From IMG/VR virus record IMGVR_UViG_3300044631_002517, positions 1 through 36,583 of that record: a stretch of DNA of 36,583 nt; one strand, written 5' to 3'. Origin of the DNA: a virus (Duplodnaviria; Caudoviricetes). Of the stretch, positions 1 to 8,914 are shown one piece after another (the stretch's first letter is position 1; the number at the start of each line of letters is the position of its first letter). Under the pieces are notes generated by a model. That model made no database searches. It saw nothing but the letters and a program-made list of their open reading frames with translations, and was not told the DNA's origin. The translations under genes and the position numbers were made by a program.

Positions 1-1
1 T

Positions 2-151
2 ACTTCAACACGTGACAGAAAGGGTTTGTTAATGGCCGGTGCAGACCGCGCCATTCGTGAACTCATGTGCATCTTCAAAGATGATCCCATTGAAGCTCCT
101 TTGCTTGAAGCATCGATGAGTGTGTGGGCAAAGATGCAATTAGACGAATAG
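2..151 (+). CDS. 3' end of an upstream gene (partial); position is compatible with a terminase small subunit
   Basis: Frame 2 is open from the window edge to TAG at 149-151 (TSTRDRKGLLMAGADRAIRELMCIFKDDPIEAPLLEASMSVWAKMQLDE). Function is guessed from position only. Confidence 0.45.
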   Translation, partial: TSTRDRKGLLMAGADRAIRELMCIFKDDPIEAPLLEASMSVWAKMQLDE

Positions 152-183
152 TTGCATTAAACTGAAAAAAAAGTAATACGAAC

Positions 184-381
184 ATGGGCGCTGGTAGACG
201 TTCTATCCCAATCGCTGGTACAACGCCTCCCTACAGGGGCGGACAGTCACGTCCACCAGAAGATGCCTTCCCGAGCCGGAACGCGTCACAGGGGCCTGGG
301 CAGCCGTCTCGCGACGTACGTGCACCTCTGGAGCGCAAAGGAATTGATATGGGACCAGGTCGTTCTACCCGTTCGTTTTAA
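184..381 (+). CDS. Hypothetical protein, 65 aa, G/P/R-rich
   Basis: ATG-started ORF that fills the gap between co-oriented neighbours. Confidence 0.5.
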   Translation: MGAGRRSIPIAGTTPPYRGGQSRPPEDAFPSRNASQGPGQPSRDVRAPLERKGIDMGPGRSTRSF

Positions 382-386
382 TTGAC

Positions 387-545
387 ATGAGTAAAGGTAA
401 AATTCCTCCCCAGTTCCTGGCACACCTAAAGAAAAAAGAAGCCAAGAACGAAGACGGCACCGAGATGACCGATAAAGAAAAACGTAAAGCTGCCCTTGAT
501 AAGGCTCGTAAGTATCAAGAGCAAAAACGTAAAACCAAAAAGTAG
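387..545 (+). CDS. Small basic hypothetical protein, 52 aa (not in ORF track)
   Basis: ATG 387 to TAG 543-545: MSKGKIPPQFLAHLKKKEAKNEDGTEMTDKEKRKAALDKARKYQEQKRKTKK. Confidence 0.6.
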   Translation: MSKGKIPPQFLAHLKKKEAKNEDGTEMTDKEKRKAALDKARKYQEQKRKTKK

Positions 546-576
546 GTTAGTATTTAATTACTAACCAGTTAATGCT

Positions 577-2103
577 GTGCCTTCTCATCTTCACTTAGCT
601 TATCGACGTAACGCTCAAGCTGCAGTTAAGAATCACAAGGTACGCAAACATAAGAACGAAGAGCTGTTACAAAGAGCCCGTGAGGATTTTGGGTTCTTTT
701 GTGACTACGTAGCAGATAAAGCTCCGGCACCTCACCATAAACAGTGGCACCGTCACTTTGTAACGGGCCAGGACAGTAGCTGTTTGATTGGAATTGCTGG
801 ACCCAATATTGATTTACTTGCCCCCAGGGGTAGTGCCAAAAGTACAGTCCTGGGTTTGTTTACGGCATGGGCAATTGGTGTTCACACAACAGCCAAGAAA
901 CCCCTGCAGATTCTTTACCTCTCCTACACGGTTGATATTGCACGTTCAAAGTCTGCAACCATCAAACGGATTATTGACAGCAAGCGATATCAAGAAGTTT
1001 TTCCGACAGTCAAACTTCTCAAGAACGTAACCAGTAATGAGTATTGGTCTATCGACCACAAGTTTGCCGGCATTGATGTTACTGGTGATGAACAATTTAC
1101 TTTGTGCGCAGCAGGTCTAAAAGGTTCTGTGACCTCCAAGCGTAGTCACCTGATCTGTATTGATGACCCGACTAAAAGCGCGGCAGACATCTCCAACCCA
1201 GACATCAGGAAGATGATGGAGGATAACTGGAACGCAGTTATTGCTCCCACGATGTTTGAGGGTGGGCGAGCAATCTGCCTTGGAACTCGCTTCCGCCACG
1301 ACGATATTCACGCCACCACATTCAACGAACAAAACAACTGGACTCAAATTGTTCTTTCTGCAATCCAGGCCAACTCCAAAACCGGTGAGGAAGAATCTTA
1401 TTGGCCTGAGATGTGGTCACTGGATTATTTAAAGGAAAAGAAACGGCAAGCACCTATTGCTTTTTCGTTCCAGTACATGAACAGGATTGTTCGCCAAAGC
1501 GAGCTGTCGCTGTCTCCAGAACTTTTAATTAAAGCTGAGATTGCAACTGAGTTTGACGCCCTTGGCGTAGGGGTTGATCTATCTGCTGGAACTAAAGAAA
1601 AAAATGATTACACCGTATTTGTGCTTGGTGGCCGCATTGGTGATTGTATTCACATTATTGATTATCGGCGCATGCGCGTCATGGGCAACCTGGAAAAACT
1701 GGATGAACTAAAAGAACTGCTTAATGACTGGTGTATTGTTGGGCGCGATGAGCAGGGCAACTACTTCCCAACGTATTCAACTTGTGATGTGTGGTCTGAA
1801 GCCGTTCAGTACCAAGCATCTTTGGAGGCCGACTTCAAGCGTGTCTGCCTGAATGGCGATGGTCTTTTTAACTTGATCTGGCACCCGGTCAAAGGCTTCC
1901 GCGCCGACAAACTTGCCCGCTTCAGGGGCATCATGGGCCTGTTTGAGGATCGCAAAATCATCTTCAACAAATATCGTAATTTCGACACAATGTTTGAAGA
2001 GCTTACCAACTTTGGCGTAAGTGGACACGATGATTGTGTCGATTCGCTCGTGTGGTTGGTTAACGGTCTAGCTAAAAAGAGCAACCTTCAATTTGATTAC
2101 TAA
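577..2103 (+). CDS. terL: Terminase large subunit
   Basis: Walker A-like APRGSAKST, Walker B LICIDD, coupling motif GTRF, YWPE, RNase H-like VGVDLS and HDDCVDS; GTG start. Confidence 0.92.
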   Translation: MPSHLHLAYRRNAQAAVKNHKVRKHKNEELLQRAREDFGFFCDYVADKAPAPHHKQWHRHFVTGQDSSCLIGIAGPNIDLLAPRGSAKSTVLGLFTAWAIGVHTTAKKPLQILYLSYTVDIARSKSATIKRIIDSKRYQEVFPTVKLLKNVTSNEYWSIDHKFAGIDVTGDEQFTLCAAGLKGSVTSKRSHLICIDDPTKSAADISNPDIRKMMEDNWNAVIAPTMFEGGRAICLGTRFRHDDIHATTFNEQNNWTQIVLSAIQANSKTGEEESYWPEMWSLDYLKEKKRQAPIAFSFQYMNRIVRQSELSLSPELLIKAEIATEFDALGVGVDLSAGTKEKNDYTVFVLGGRIGDCIHIIDYRRMRVMGNLEKLDELKELLNDWCIVGRDEQGNYFPTYSTCDVWSEAVQYQASLEADFKRVCLNGDGLFNLIWHPVKGFRADKLARFRGIMGLFEDRKIIFNKYRNFDTMFEELTNFGVSGHDDCVDSLVWLVNGLAKKSNLQFDY

Positions 2104-2133
2104 ACTTATAATTAAAAGAAAAGCATAAGTCTT

Positions 2134-2427
2134 GTGGGTCCGGAGTACGTAGCAATTGCATTCACGGCAGTTGTCTCTGCTGTAACAGGCGGCTCCTGGG
2201 CTGCAAATAAAATTTTATTCAGGGTTCACCAACGCTTGGTTCAGTTGTCAGACGACGTACTAACTCAAGAAAATAAGTTGAATAGATTGCAGGAGCAGAT
2301 TGGGCGAATGCCGATGGACTACGTATTAAAAGTAGATTTCCTGCGTGAGATCCAGGAAATGCATGATAACTTTCGACAAATTAACACTAAGCTTGATAAG
2401 CTAATGGAAAAGCTTTTGTCGAAATGA
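2134..2427 (+). CDS. Protein with N-terminal hydrophobic helix and coiled coil
   Basis: YVAIAFTAVVSAVTGGSW followed by a heptad-like segment ending INTKLDKLMEKLL. Confidence 0.6.
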   Translation: MGPEYVAIAFTAVVSAVTGGSWAANKILFRVHQRLVQLSDDVLTQENKLNRLQEQIGRMPMDYVLKVDFLREIQEMHDNFRQINTKLDKLMEKLLSK

Positions 2428-2606
2428 GCTACATTATTGAAGTTCAAGAGGATGAATTTGGCGATCAATTTATCGCCCTCCCAGAAGAAGTGGTGGAAGA
2501 GCTTGGTTGGCAGGAAGGAGATATCCTTGAGTGGAACTTAAAAGGTGATGGAATTGTATTGAGTAGACTGAATGAAATAGCTGGTTACGAAGTACTGGAG
2601 GATTAA
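2424..2606 (+). CDS. AbrB/MazE-like swapped-hairpin DNA-binding protein
   Basis: IALPEEVVEELGWQEGDILEW...GIVL matches the AbrB pattern; ATGA coupling to the upstream gene. Confidence 0.7.
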   Translation: MSYIIEVQEDEFGDQFIALPEEVVEELGWQEGDILEWNLKGDGIVLSRLNEIAGYEVLED

Positions 2607-2930
2607 ATGGCTGGTTACTACGGTGGTTACATGGGTAATGAAGCTGGCATGCAAGGCACCATTGCGGGCCGGCCAAGTTTTCAAATCCCTGGGGCCACCC
2701 CCCAATATAAATTTCCTTATCTTCCGAACGAAGACCCAGATTCCGTTCCCATTCAATTAACTCCGCGCCAAGGGCAGCAACTCTTCCCTTTGCCAGGTGC
2801 ACAACGCATGCTTCCCCAAGCCATGGGTGGAACTCCCCCCATGGGCAATGCAGGCTTTTTCCAAGGTCCGCAATATGGGCAGCAAGCAGGTATCCCTGGA
2901 GGCTTTCAAGATAAACATGTGTATTCATGA
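2607..2930 (+). CDS. G/Q/P-rich low-complexity hypothetical protein
   Basis: GGAGG at 2596-2600 before the ATG; abuts the upstream stop. Confidence 0.6.
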   Translation: MAGYYGGYMGNEAGMQGTIAGRPSFQIPGATPQYKFPYLPNEDPDSVPIQLTPRQGQQLFPLPGAQRMLPQAMGGTPPMGNAGFFQGPQYGQQAGIPGGFQDKHVYS

Positions 2931-3073
2931 AAAAGAAAAAACTGGCCAAAGAAGCTCTCAAACACCCTGAATTATTTACGCCAGGGGAGTTAGCTTACTT
3001 TGACCGGTGGTTGTGGCTTAAGAAACAAAAGAAAGCTGCTAAGATCAATACAGATAAAGAGGCTAATACTTAA
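2927..3073 (+). CDS. Small basic hypothetical protein, 48 aa (not in ORF track)
   Basis: MKKKKLAKEALKHPELFTPGELAYFDRWLWLKKQKKAAKINTDKEANT; ATGA overlap upstream and TAATG overlap with the portal start. Confidence 0.6.
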   Translation: MKKKKLAKEALKHPELFTPGELAYFDRWLWLKKQKKAAKINTDKEANT

Positions 3074-5370
3074 TGGCTGCCGACGCTAAATCAAGGCTCA
3101 ACGAAATTATTACCGCCTATATCGACAAGGATAGTTCCACTGTCGTCGATACGGGCGTTGTGGCCTCGCATTTGGCGCAGATGAAATTATTCGGCATCCG
3201 CCAGGGTGTTGAATTTTTCCCCAGCCAAGATAACTTTGGAAATCAGCGCAAAGATTTTATCGACCGTGTAATCAAATACAATCAAATTGATGCACGCCTC
3301 GATTCAATCTGGGATTATTTCCTGTGCGATGGAAAAGGTCTGTTCTACATCAGGCCTACAAAAATTAACTATCGCATCTACTACTTCCGTGAGCATGAGT
3401 ATCGTACGTTCTACAACGTAGACGGTGACCTGGAAGAGGTGGTGATCATCTATAGCTACAAGGTGCGTCGACCTGGTGGCTTTGGAGCGGAGATTTCGCA
3501 AACCAATATTACAGGCAAAGCACTTGGTGACGGCCAGGCTTCAAGGCGTTACATCAGGCTTTCAATCAAGCGCGACGAAATTAAAGAAACTCACGCAGAA
3601 GGTGAATTATCTTTTGACATGCCGGACTATGCAGTCTCCGGTAAAACAAAAACGTTAAAAAATACGCTTGGCTTCATTCCATGCGTCGAGATTTTTAACA
3701 ACCCCAAAGGTTTTGCTAACGACGGTGTTGGCGAGTTTGATGCGTTGGCCAATCACATCGTCACGCATGACGAAATGGTTCGCACCATGCGCAAGAACGT
3801 TCAGTTCTTTGGTAACCCCACACTGTTGTCGTCTCGTCCCAAGACGGACTTGATTGAGGCCGGTGGTGATTCCACAGTACAGCGTCCTTCTATTGCAGCA
3901 AACTCTGGGTTCACCAGTCCTGCATCCTTAAGTGCTTCGATGTTCAAGGCTGATCCCGTCAGTCGTGGCGTTGATGGACAGATTCGAGTTCCAAGGATTA
4001 TTGCAAACCTGGAGCCAAATGACCGTGTTGGTTACATTGTTCCAGATGCAATCACTGGTGACCAAAACCAATTTGCCCGTCAGTATCGCGAAGAAATTCG
4101 CACTGCACTTGGCGGTGTAGATGAACTGTCGATTTCCGCAGGTGTTACTGCAACGGAATACAAGTCACTGTTTGGCCGTGTATCGGCAACATCAAAGAAG
4201 AAAGCAAATGCAATTTACACGTATGGCATTTGCCGTTGTCTTGAGTTAATTATTTATCAAGAAGAACAACTCTTCCGTCAATCACTGGCAGCGGCTGCAG
4301 GTATTGAAAAGCCAGTCGATCTTCCCTTTGATGCACCAGAAGAAGAAATTGCTGCCTATAGGGAAGCAATGAAAGTCTTCAATGATCAAGTCAAAGAGAT
4401 TATGATGGCTTGCGTGGAAACAAAAATGATTCCGCCAGGCGTTCTTGGGTTAATCCCCGATGGTGATGTCACGATGCTTTGGCGTTGGACAGGGCCTGTG
4501 TACGAGGAGACCACTCAGGACACACTTAATAATTCTATTGTGGTTCGCAACCTACAAGAATTAGGTGTTGATAGCATTGAAGCACTGAAATACCTCTTTC
4601 CGTCTAAGACGGATGAGGAGCGGGCCGAGATGTTATCTGGGTTCCCGTTCAGGATGGTGAATGAATTGCAGAATGCTTATTCTCAATTCGCCAAATTGGT
4701 GGGGGGAATGATGCAGACTCCTCACCCTCAATCACCAGACTTACCGATGGCTGCTGATCCGCGTCTGGATCTGACACCCTATCTGTATCGAACCTTAGAA
4801 GCTTTACAAAAGGAGATGAGTTATGCAGGACGCTACCGTCCAATCGATCCCACAGACGAGCCAAGCACCAGCAGCAGTAGCTCCAAGCAGCTACGTGATG
4901 GCGGCTCCGGCACCCCAGGCGGTACCGGCCAGCTACCAGGCAGCTCCAGCGGCTTATCAGGTGGGTACCAGCTACCCCCAAGCGGTACCTCAGGCGAGCC
5001 CCAGCTACCAATCCGCCCCTATTCAGTACGCCCCCCAATCCCAACCGGCGGAATCGGCGGGGAATCCTTGGGAATCGGCGTTCAACAAGGTGGTGAATCT
5101 GCTGAGCGCACCAGTTCAATCCCCGTTCCAGGGAGCACCCTCGCCGAGTCCGACGCAGTATACCCCGGCGAACTACGGACAAGTCAGCAGCCCAGCTACG
5201 CAACAATCGGCTCCCCAGACTTGGTCGCCCAGCCAGGATTACTCTCCCAGCTCTTCCCAAACCTCTTCGAGTCCCTCTCTGGAGCAAATCGCGGATTACC
5301 TGGGGATGGGGCAGGAAAGCCGCCAAGTAATCGACGCGTTCGGAATCGAAGCACCCGCCGTACTAAATAA
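3073..5370 (+). CDS. Probable portal protein with a ~180-aa low-complexity C-terminal extension
   Basis: Size and position between terL and the capsid gene; portal-like LGFIPCVEIFN..G..G.GEF segment; helical C-terminal half. Confidence 0.7.
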   Translation: MAADAKSRLNEIITAYIDKDSSTVVDTGVVASHLAQMKLFGIRQGVEFFPSQDNFGNQRKDFIDRVIKYNQIDARLDSIWDYFLCDGKGLFYIRPTKINYRIYYFREHEYRTFYNVDGDLEEVVIIYSYKVRRPGGFGAEISQTNITGKALGDGQASRRYIRLSIKRDEIKETHAEGELSFDMPDYAVSGKTKTLKNTLGFIPCVEIFNNPKGFANDGVGEFDALANHIVTHDEMVRTMRKNVQFFGNPTLLSSRPKTDLIEAGGDSTVQRPSIAANSGFTSPASLSASMFKADPVSRGVDGQIRVPRIIANLEPNDRVGYIVPDAITGDQNQFARQYREEIRTALGGVDELSISAGVTATEYKSLFGRVSATSKKKANAIYTYGICRCLELIIYQEEQLFRQSLAAAAGIEKPVDLPFDAPEEEIAAYREAMKVFNDQVKEIMMACVETKMIPPGVLGLIPDGDVTMLWRWTGPVYEETTQDTLNNSIVVRNLQELGVDSIEALKYLFPSKTDEERAEMLSGFPFRMVNELQNAYSQFAKLVGGMMQTPHPQSPDLPMAADPRLDLTPYLYRTLEALQKEMSYAGRYRPIDPTDEPSTSSSSSKQLRDGGSGTPGGTGQLPGSSSGLSGGYQLPPSGTSGEPQLPIRPYSVRPPIPTGGIGGESLGIGVQQGGESAERTSSIPVPGSTLAESDAVYPGELRTSQQPSYATIGSPDLVAQPGLLSQLFPNLFESLSGANRGLPGDGAGKPPSNRRVRNRSTRRTK

Positions 5371-5794
5371 CTACGCCCTTCAACTTGAAGGGATGCTTGA
5401 CAGTGCTGTTGCCTGGGGCGAGCGTGCTCAGAACGTGATCGTTGGTTATGCCAACTTTGCTGTTAACGAGCACCAAGAGAACCTGGCTTACAACGAGATT
5501 CTTACCAATCCCGATGTACTCAGCGACTACACCCTGAAGTTCTTTGGTCCTGAAGGTCCGTACCCCGTGTACGAAAGCGAGGCAGAACTGGAGACCCGTG
5601 GTTATCCCACCACCTCTGCTTATGGCCAAGTTGGTGAGTTCCCCGCTCCTCCTGCTGCCGCTGCTCCCCAGCAACCCGAAAACTTCTGGGGCAACTTCAG
5701 CGAGATCATGAATCGTGATCCCCAGAACGCCTGGCGTGTACTGAACCAAGCTCAGCCTGCCACTGTTGCAAACAAACTGTTTGTGATGGAGTGA
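4823..5794 (+). CDS. Probable scaffold/head assembly protein, overprinted on the portal 3' end
   Basis: AAGGAG at 4810-4815, 7 nt before ATG 4823; Q/P/S/A-rich N-half, acidic helical C-half; lies upstream of the capsid gene. Confidence 0.65.
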   Translation: MQDATVQSIPQTSQAPAAVAPSSYVMAAPAPQAVPASYQAAPAAYQVGTSYPQAVPQASPSYQSAPIQYAPQSQPAESAGNPWESAFNKVVNLLSAPVQSPFQGAPSPSPTQYTPANYGQVSSPATQQSAPQTWSPSQDYSPSSSQTSSSPSLEQIADYLGMGQESRQVIDAFGIEAPAVLNNYALQLEGMLDSAVAWGERAQNVIVGYANFAVNEHQENLAYNEILTNPDVLSDYTLKFFGPEGPYPVYESEAELETRGYPTTSAYGQVGEFPAPPAAAAPQQPENFWGNFSEIMNRDPQNAWRVLNQAQPATVANKLFVME

Positions 5795-5798
5795 GGCC

Positions 5799-6290
5799 AT
5801 GCCTGTTGCTGGTAAATACGGACAAGTATTAAACGCAGCAGCGAGGAACCCTGCCGGCGCCTTGAAAGCATCTGCTTTAGGCGCTGGCCTTCTTGGTGCA
5901 ACAGGCTCTGTTATTGGAAACTTGACAGACAAAGAACAAGGCGAAGGCCCTCTTCGTATTCTTAGCGAAGCAGCAAATGCCGGAACCCTTGCCGCTATCC
6001 CTGGTTTAATGCCTGGTTATGCCGCCGCCGCTCTTGGTACGTTACGGCAACCTGGCATGGCACGTAAAGCTGTAAATGCCGCAGGTTCTGCAGCGAATGC
6101 ACGCAAGTCTTTCCAAGGTATTGCCAGGGGAGCCGCACTAGCTACGGCAGCTGTTCCGGCTGCTGCTGGACTTGGTGGCTTGGTAGGCGGTGGCTACTCT
6201 AATTTGTACAACGCCATCGGCATCCCTGGTTTCCAAGCAGGAATTAACCCTGAAGCTGCAAACGGTTCCAGTAATATGCAGTACGTTTAA
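5799..6290 (+). CDS. Ala/Gly-rich probable virion protein
   Basis: 163-aa ORF between scaffold and capsid genes with hydrophobic Gly/Ala stretches. Confidence 0.6.
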   Translation: MPVAGKYGQVLNAAARNPAGALKASALGAGLLGATGSVIGNLTDKEQGEGPLRILSEAANAGTLAAIPGLMPGYAAAALGTLRQPGMARKAVNAAGSAANARKSFQGIARGAALATAAVPAAAGLGGLVGGGYSNLYNAIGIPGFQAGINPEAANGSSNMQYV

Positions 6291-6401
6291 TTTTGCGTTC
6301 TTAACTAAAAATTAGATCCTGCTAAAATTTGTCTTAGATAAGACAAAAACTTGTCTAAATCTTTCACCCACAAGTCCCGCGACTCTGGAGGATATTAAAA
6401 A

Positions 6402-7568
6402 GTGTTTCTTGATACCGATTTCCCAAAAATCTTGGGTGCGGAACTTTACCGTCCCCACCCTGCTTACATTGCCGAGATGGCAGTGGAGCCCGTGGTTGTC
6501 CACGACTTCACCCGTCAGCCCGGTCAAACCGTTCAGTTAGACCGCTACAAGTTCTGGGGTACCCCTGGTACTAAGGACAGCCGTGAGCGTATTGCCGACC
6601 AAACGATCGGTACCGCTAACAGCCGTAACATCACCAAGGAGAAAGTCCTGGTGGTGCTTAAGGAATACACCGGTCCTGCAGACCCCGGCGATCCGACCCA
6701 GCCCTCGACCTTCAAGATTGCTCGTGAAACTCTGATTACCGCCCAGCGTCTGCTGCTGGACACCGGTAATCTGAACATGTTCCACCAGTCCATCGGTAGC
6801 CTGACGCTGCTGGATGACTACCGTCGTTGGCGCGACCGCGTGTTCATTGATGAACTCGCCAAAGCCGAAGCCAATGGTGCCGCTTCCACCACCCAAGGTG
6901 GTTACTACTTCGCTGGTGGCAAGGTCAAGGATTCTTCCGGCCGCATTGCCTACACCTCTACCGAGTATGGTAACGAAGTTCAACAGTTCCAGGTGCGTAC
7001 CGACCTGCTGAACGTTGTTAAGGACCTGCGCAAGCGCAACGTTCCTACCTATGCCGATGGTCTGTATCGCTGCATCTGCGATCCTACCTTCATGATGCAC
7101 CTGCGTCGTGACCCCGACTTCCGTGAGATTGCCCGTTATGCTGGCAACCCCGGTCAGGGCATGTACATGGGCAACCCCGGCATGCCTAACAATGCCAGCT
7201 TCTACATGGGTCCCCAAGCTGGTCAGGGCTACTTCCTGGCTGGTGAGCCTGTGATGCCGACTGGTGTGCAGTTTGAAGGCGTCAAGTTCTTCGAGTCGAC
7301 CAACTTCCCGACCAAGAACGTCAACACTTCTTTCGACGGCACCGGTGGTACCTACGCGTCCAAGGAAGTGGCTCAGGGTTACTTCTTCGGTCCTCAAGCT
7401 ATTGGCGTGGGTATCGGCGGCCCGAACGCTCAGGTGCTCATCAACAACAACGATGACTTCAGCCGTTTCATCATCCTTATCTGGCAACTGTACGCCGGCT
7501 TTGAAATCCTGAACAAGGACTTCGTGACCACCGCGTTCAGCTATGTGCAAGATGACGGCACCATCTGA
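6402..7568 (+). CDS. Major capsid protein (probably N4-gp56-like, HK97 fold)
   Basis: 388 aa; DFTRQPGQTVQLDRY segment; strong C-ending codon bias of a highly expressed gene; GGAGG at 6388-6392 before the GTG. Confidence 0.85.
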   Translation: MFLDTDFPKILGAELYRPHPAYIAEMAVEPVVVHDFTRQPGQTVQLDRYKFWGTPGTKDSRERIADQTIGTANSRNITKEKVLVVLKEYTGPADPGDPTQPSTFKIARETLITAQRLLLDTGNLNMFHQSIGSLTLLDDYRRWRDRVFIDELAKAEANGAASTTQGGYYFAGGKVKDSSGRIAYTSTEYGNEVQQFQVRTDLLNVVKDLRKRNVPTYADGLYRCICDPTFMMHLRRDPDFREIARYAGNPGQGMYMGNPGMPNNASFYMGPQAGQGYFLAGEPVMPTGVQFEGVKFFESTNFPTKNVNTSFDGTGGTYASKEVAQGYFFGPQAIGVGIGGPNAQVLINNNDDFSRFIILIWQLYAGFEILNKDFVTTAFSYVQDDGTI

Positions 7569-7602
7569 TCAATAAACAATAACTAAACTATAGGAAAAAT
7601 AA

Positions 7603-8406
7603 ATGACCTATTTGTCCGCTAAGAAAATCTATCCCGGCAACTGGGCTGAGCCCCTGAACGGCTGGTATAAGAACATTGACGCCGATTATGCCGGCACCAA
7701 TGATGGCTCCAAGGGCGGCCCCACCTCTGTGCTGGCCCTCCCTGGTTACCGCTACTTCCAGCAGCGTGGTTACGTGGCAGTTACTGCTACCTCTGGCGTT
7801 GGCCCTGTTGCTTCTGCTGATGTGATCGTTCCTTCCCCCTACCGGAATGACGACACCCGTACCGACATCACCGGCATGGTGATCTCTGGTTCCAGCACCC
7901 TGCCTGCTTACGTGTATCGCACTGCGATCTCCGTGGCTTCCGGCTGGGGCGACGGTCGCGTTGCTTCCGGTGTGTATGCAGCTACTGGTAACGTGATCTC
8001 GTTCGGTCGCGTGAGCTCCAGCAACCCCACCGCCGCTTCTGGTGTGGGCGAAGGTGTGATTCAGGCCAACCTGACCTCCACCGTCTCCGGCTCCCAAGCT
8101 GGCGAAATCTACTTCGCTGGCGGTACCGCTGGTTATGGCACCAACCCCTTCCTGACCATCACCGGTGCAACCGGCGTTGCTCCTGGCACTGTTAACTATG
8201 CCGCTACTTCCGCGACCACCCTCAAGGTGTTCGCCAAGGAAACCGCCAACAGCACCACCACTTCCGGTGGTTTCTACATCTCCAGTGGCGATGCAAGCGC
8301 TGGCCGCACCGGTTACCTGGTTGTGGAAGTGTGCTACATCCAGCCCGATGAAGCTCCTGGTTACGAAGACATCGATGGCTACCTGACCGGTCGCACTGTC
8401 AGCTGA
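7603..8406 (+). CDS. Highly expressed structural protein (capsid decoration or similar)
   Basis: Directly follows the capsid gene with the same codon bias; G/S/T-rich beta-type composition. Confidence 0.6.
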   Translation: MTYLSAKKIYPGNWAEPLNGWYKNIDADYAGTNDGSKGGPTSVLALPGYRYFQQRGYVAVTATSGVGPVASADVIVPSPYRNDDTRTDITGMVISGSSTLPAYVYRTAISVASGWGDGRVASGVYAATGNVISFGRVSSSNPTAASGVGEGVIQANLTSTVSGSQAGEIYFAGGTAGYGTNPFLTITGATGVAPGTVNYAATSATTLKVFAKETANSTTTSGGFYISSGDASAGRTGYLVVEVCYIQPDEAPGYEDIDGYLTGRTVS

Positions 8407-8446
8407 TTAGGGTAAACTAGGACCAGAGATTAACTCCCTGGTCCTT

Positions 8447-8857
8447 ATGTTGTATCAGCACAAAAAAACCGGCGCACGCGTCAAAGTTGTAAGCGAATGG
8501 GATAACGGTGATTGGTTCATGGTCGAAGACCAAGACGGTCGCCTTTATACCGTTTACAAAACAGAGATTGAGCCTGACGAATCTGCAACTAAAAAAGTTA
8601 AGACTCTTCAGGTTAAAGATCGTGCAGCACAAGACGAGCCACGCACCTTCCCTCCCGATACCCGATTAAATGTAAATTCAGCCACCGCCCAAATGATCGC
8701 TGATCATATTAAAGGCATTGGACTGAAGACTGCTCGGGAAATCAAAGATCTTCAGATGTCTTTATCGGGTGAACGATTTAACAGTCTTGAGCAGTTAAAA
8801 CAAATTAAACGGGTGGATTGGAATGCTGTAATGGCTGCTGATCTGATTAGGGTTTGA
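8447..8857 (+). CDS. Helix-hairpin-helix (ComEA-like) DNA-binding protein with a small N-terminal beta domain
   Basis: LNVNSATAQMIADHIKGIGLKTAREI...RFNSLEQLKQIKRV. Confidence 0.75.
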   Translation: MLYQHKKTGARVKVVSEWDNGDWFMVEDQDGRLYTVYKTEIEPDESATKKVKTLQVKDRAAQDEPRTFPPDTRLNVNSATAQMIADHIKGIGLKTAREIKDLQMSLSGERFNSLEQLKQIKRVDWNAVMAADLIRV

Positions 8858-8873
8858 TTCTCATCTCAAGTTG

Positions 8874-8898
8874 CCCTCGGGAAACCGAGGGTTTTCTT
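8874..8898 (+). terminator. Rho-independent terminator
   Basis: CCCTCGG-GAAA-CCGAGGG followed by TTTTCTT. Confidence 0.85.
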
Positions 8899-8914
8899 GT
8901 CTTAAAATACAGGC

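Noticed and set aside
577-2103. Intron or intein in terL or the capsid gene linked to the HNH genes
   Set aside because: Both ORFs are continuous and of normal size, and all HNH genes are free-standing.
2424-3073. AbrB/MazE-type toxin-antitoxin pair
   Set aside because: The genes after the AbrB-like ORF are low-complexity or short basic proteins with no MazF, PIN or Doc motif.
6537-7550. 337-aa antisense ORF over the capsid gene (also 7588-8097, 5363-5932 and 4649-5326)
   Set aside because: The first three are in codon register with strongly biased sense genes that avoid TTA, CTA and TCA, which leaves the antisense frame open. The last lies over the GC-rich dual-coding region. None has an RBS or a recognisable motif.
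8447-8857. PsbU (photosystem II) assignment for the HhH protein
   Set aside because: No signal peptide, and the GIG hairpin and FxSLEQL pattern fit ComEA-type HhH better.
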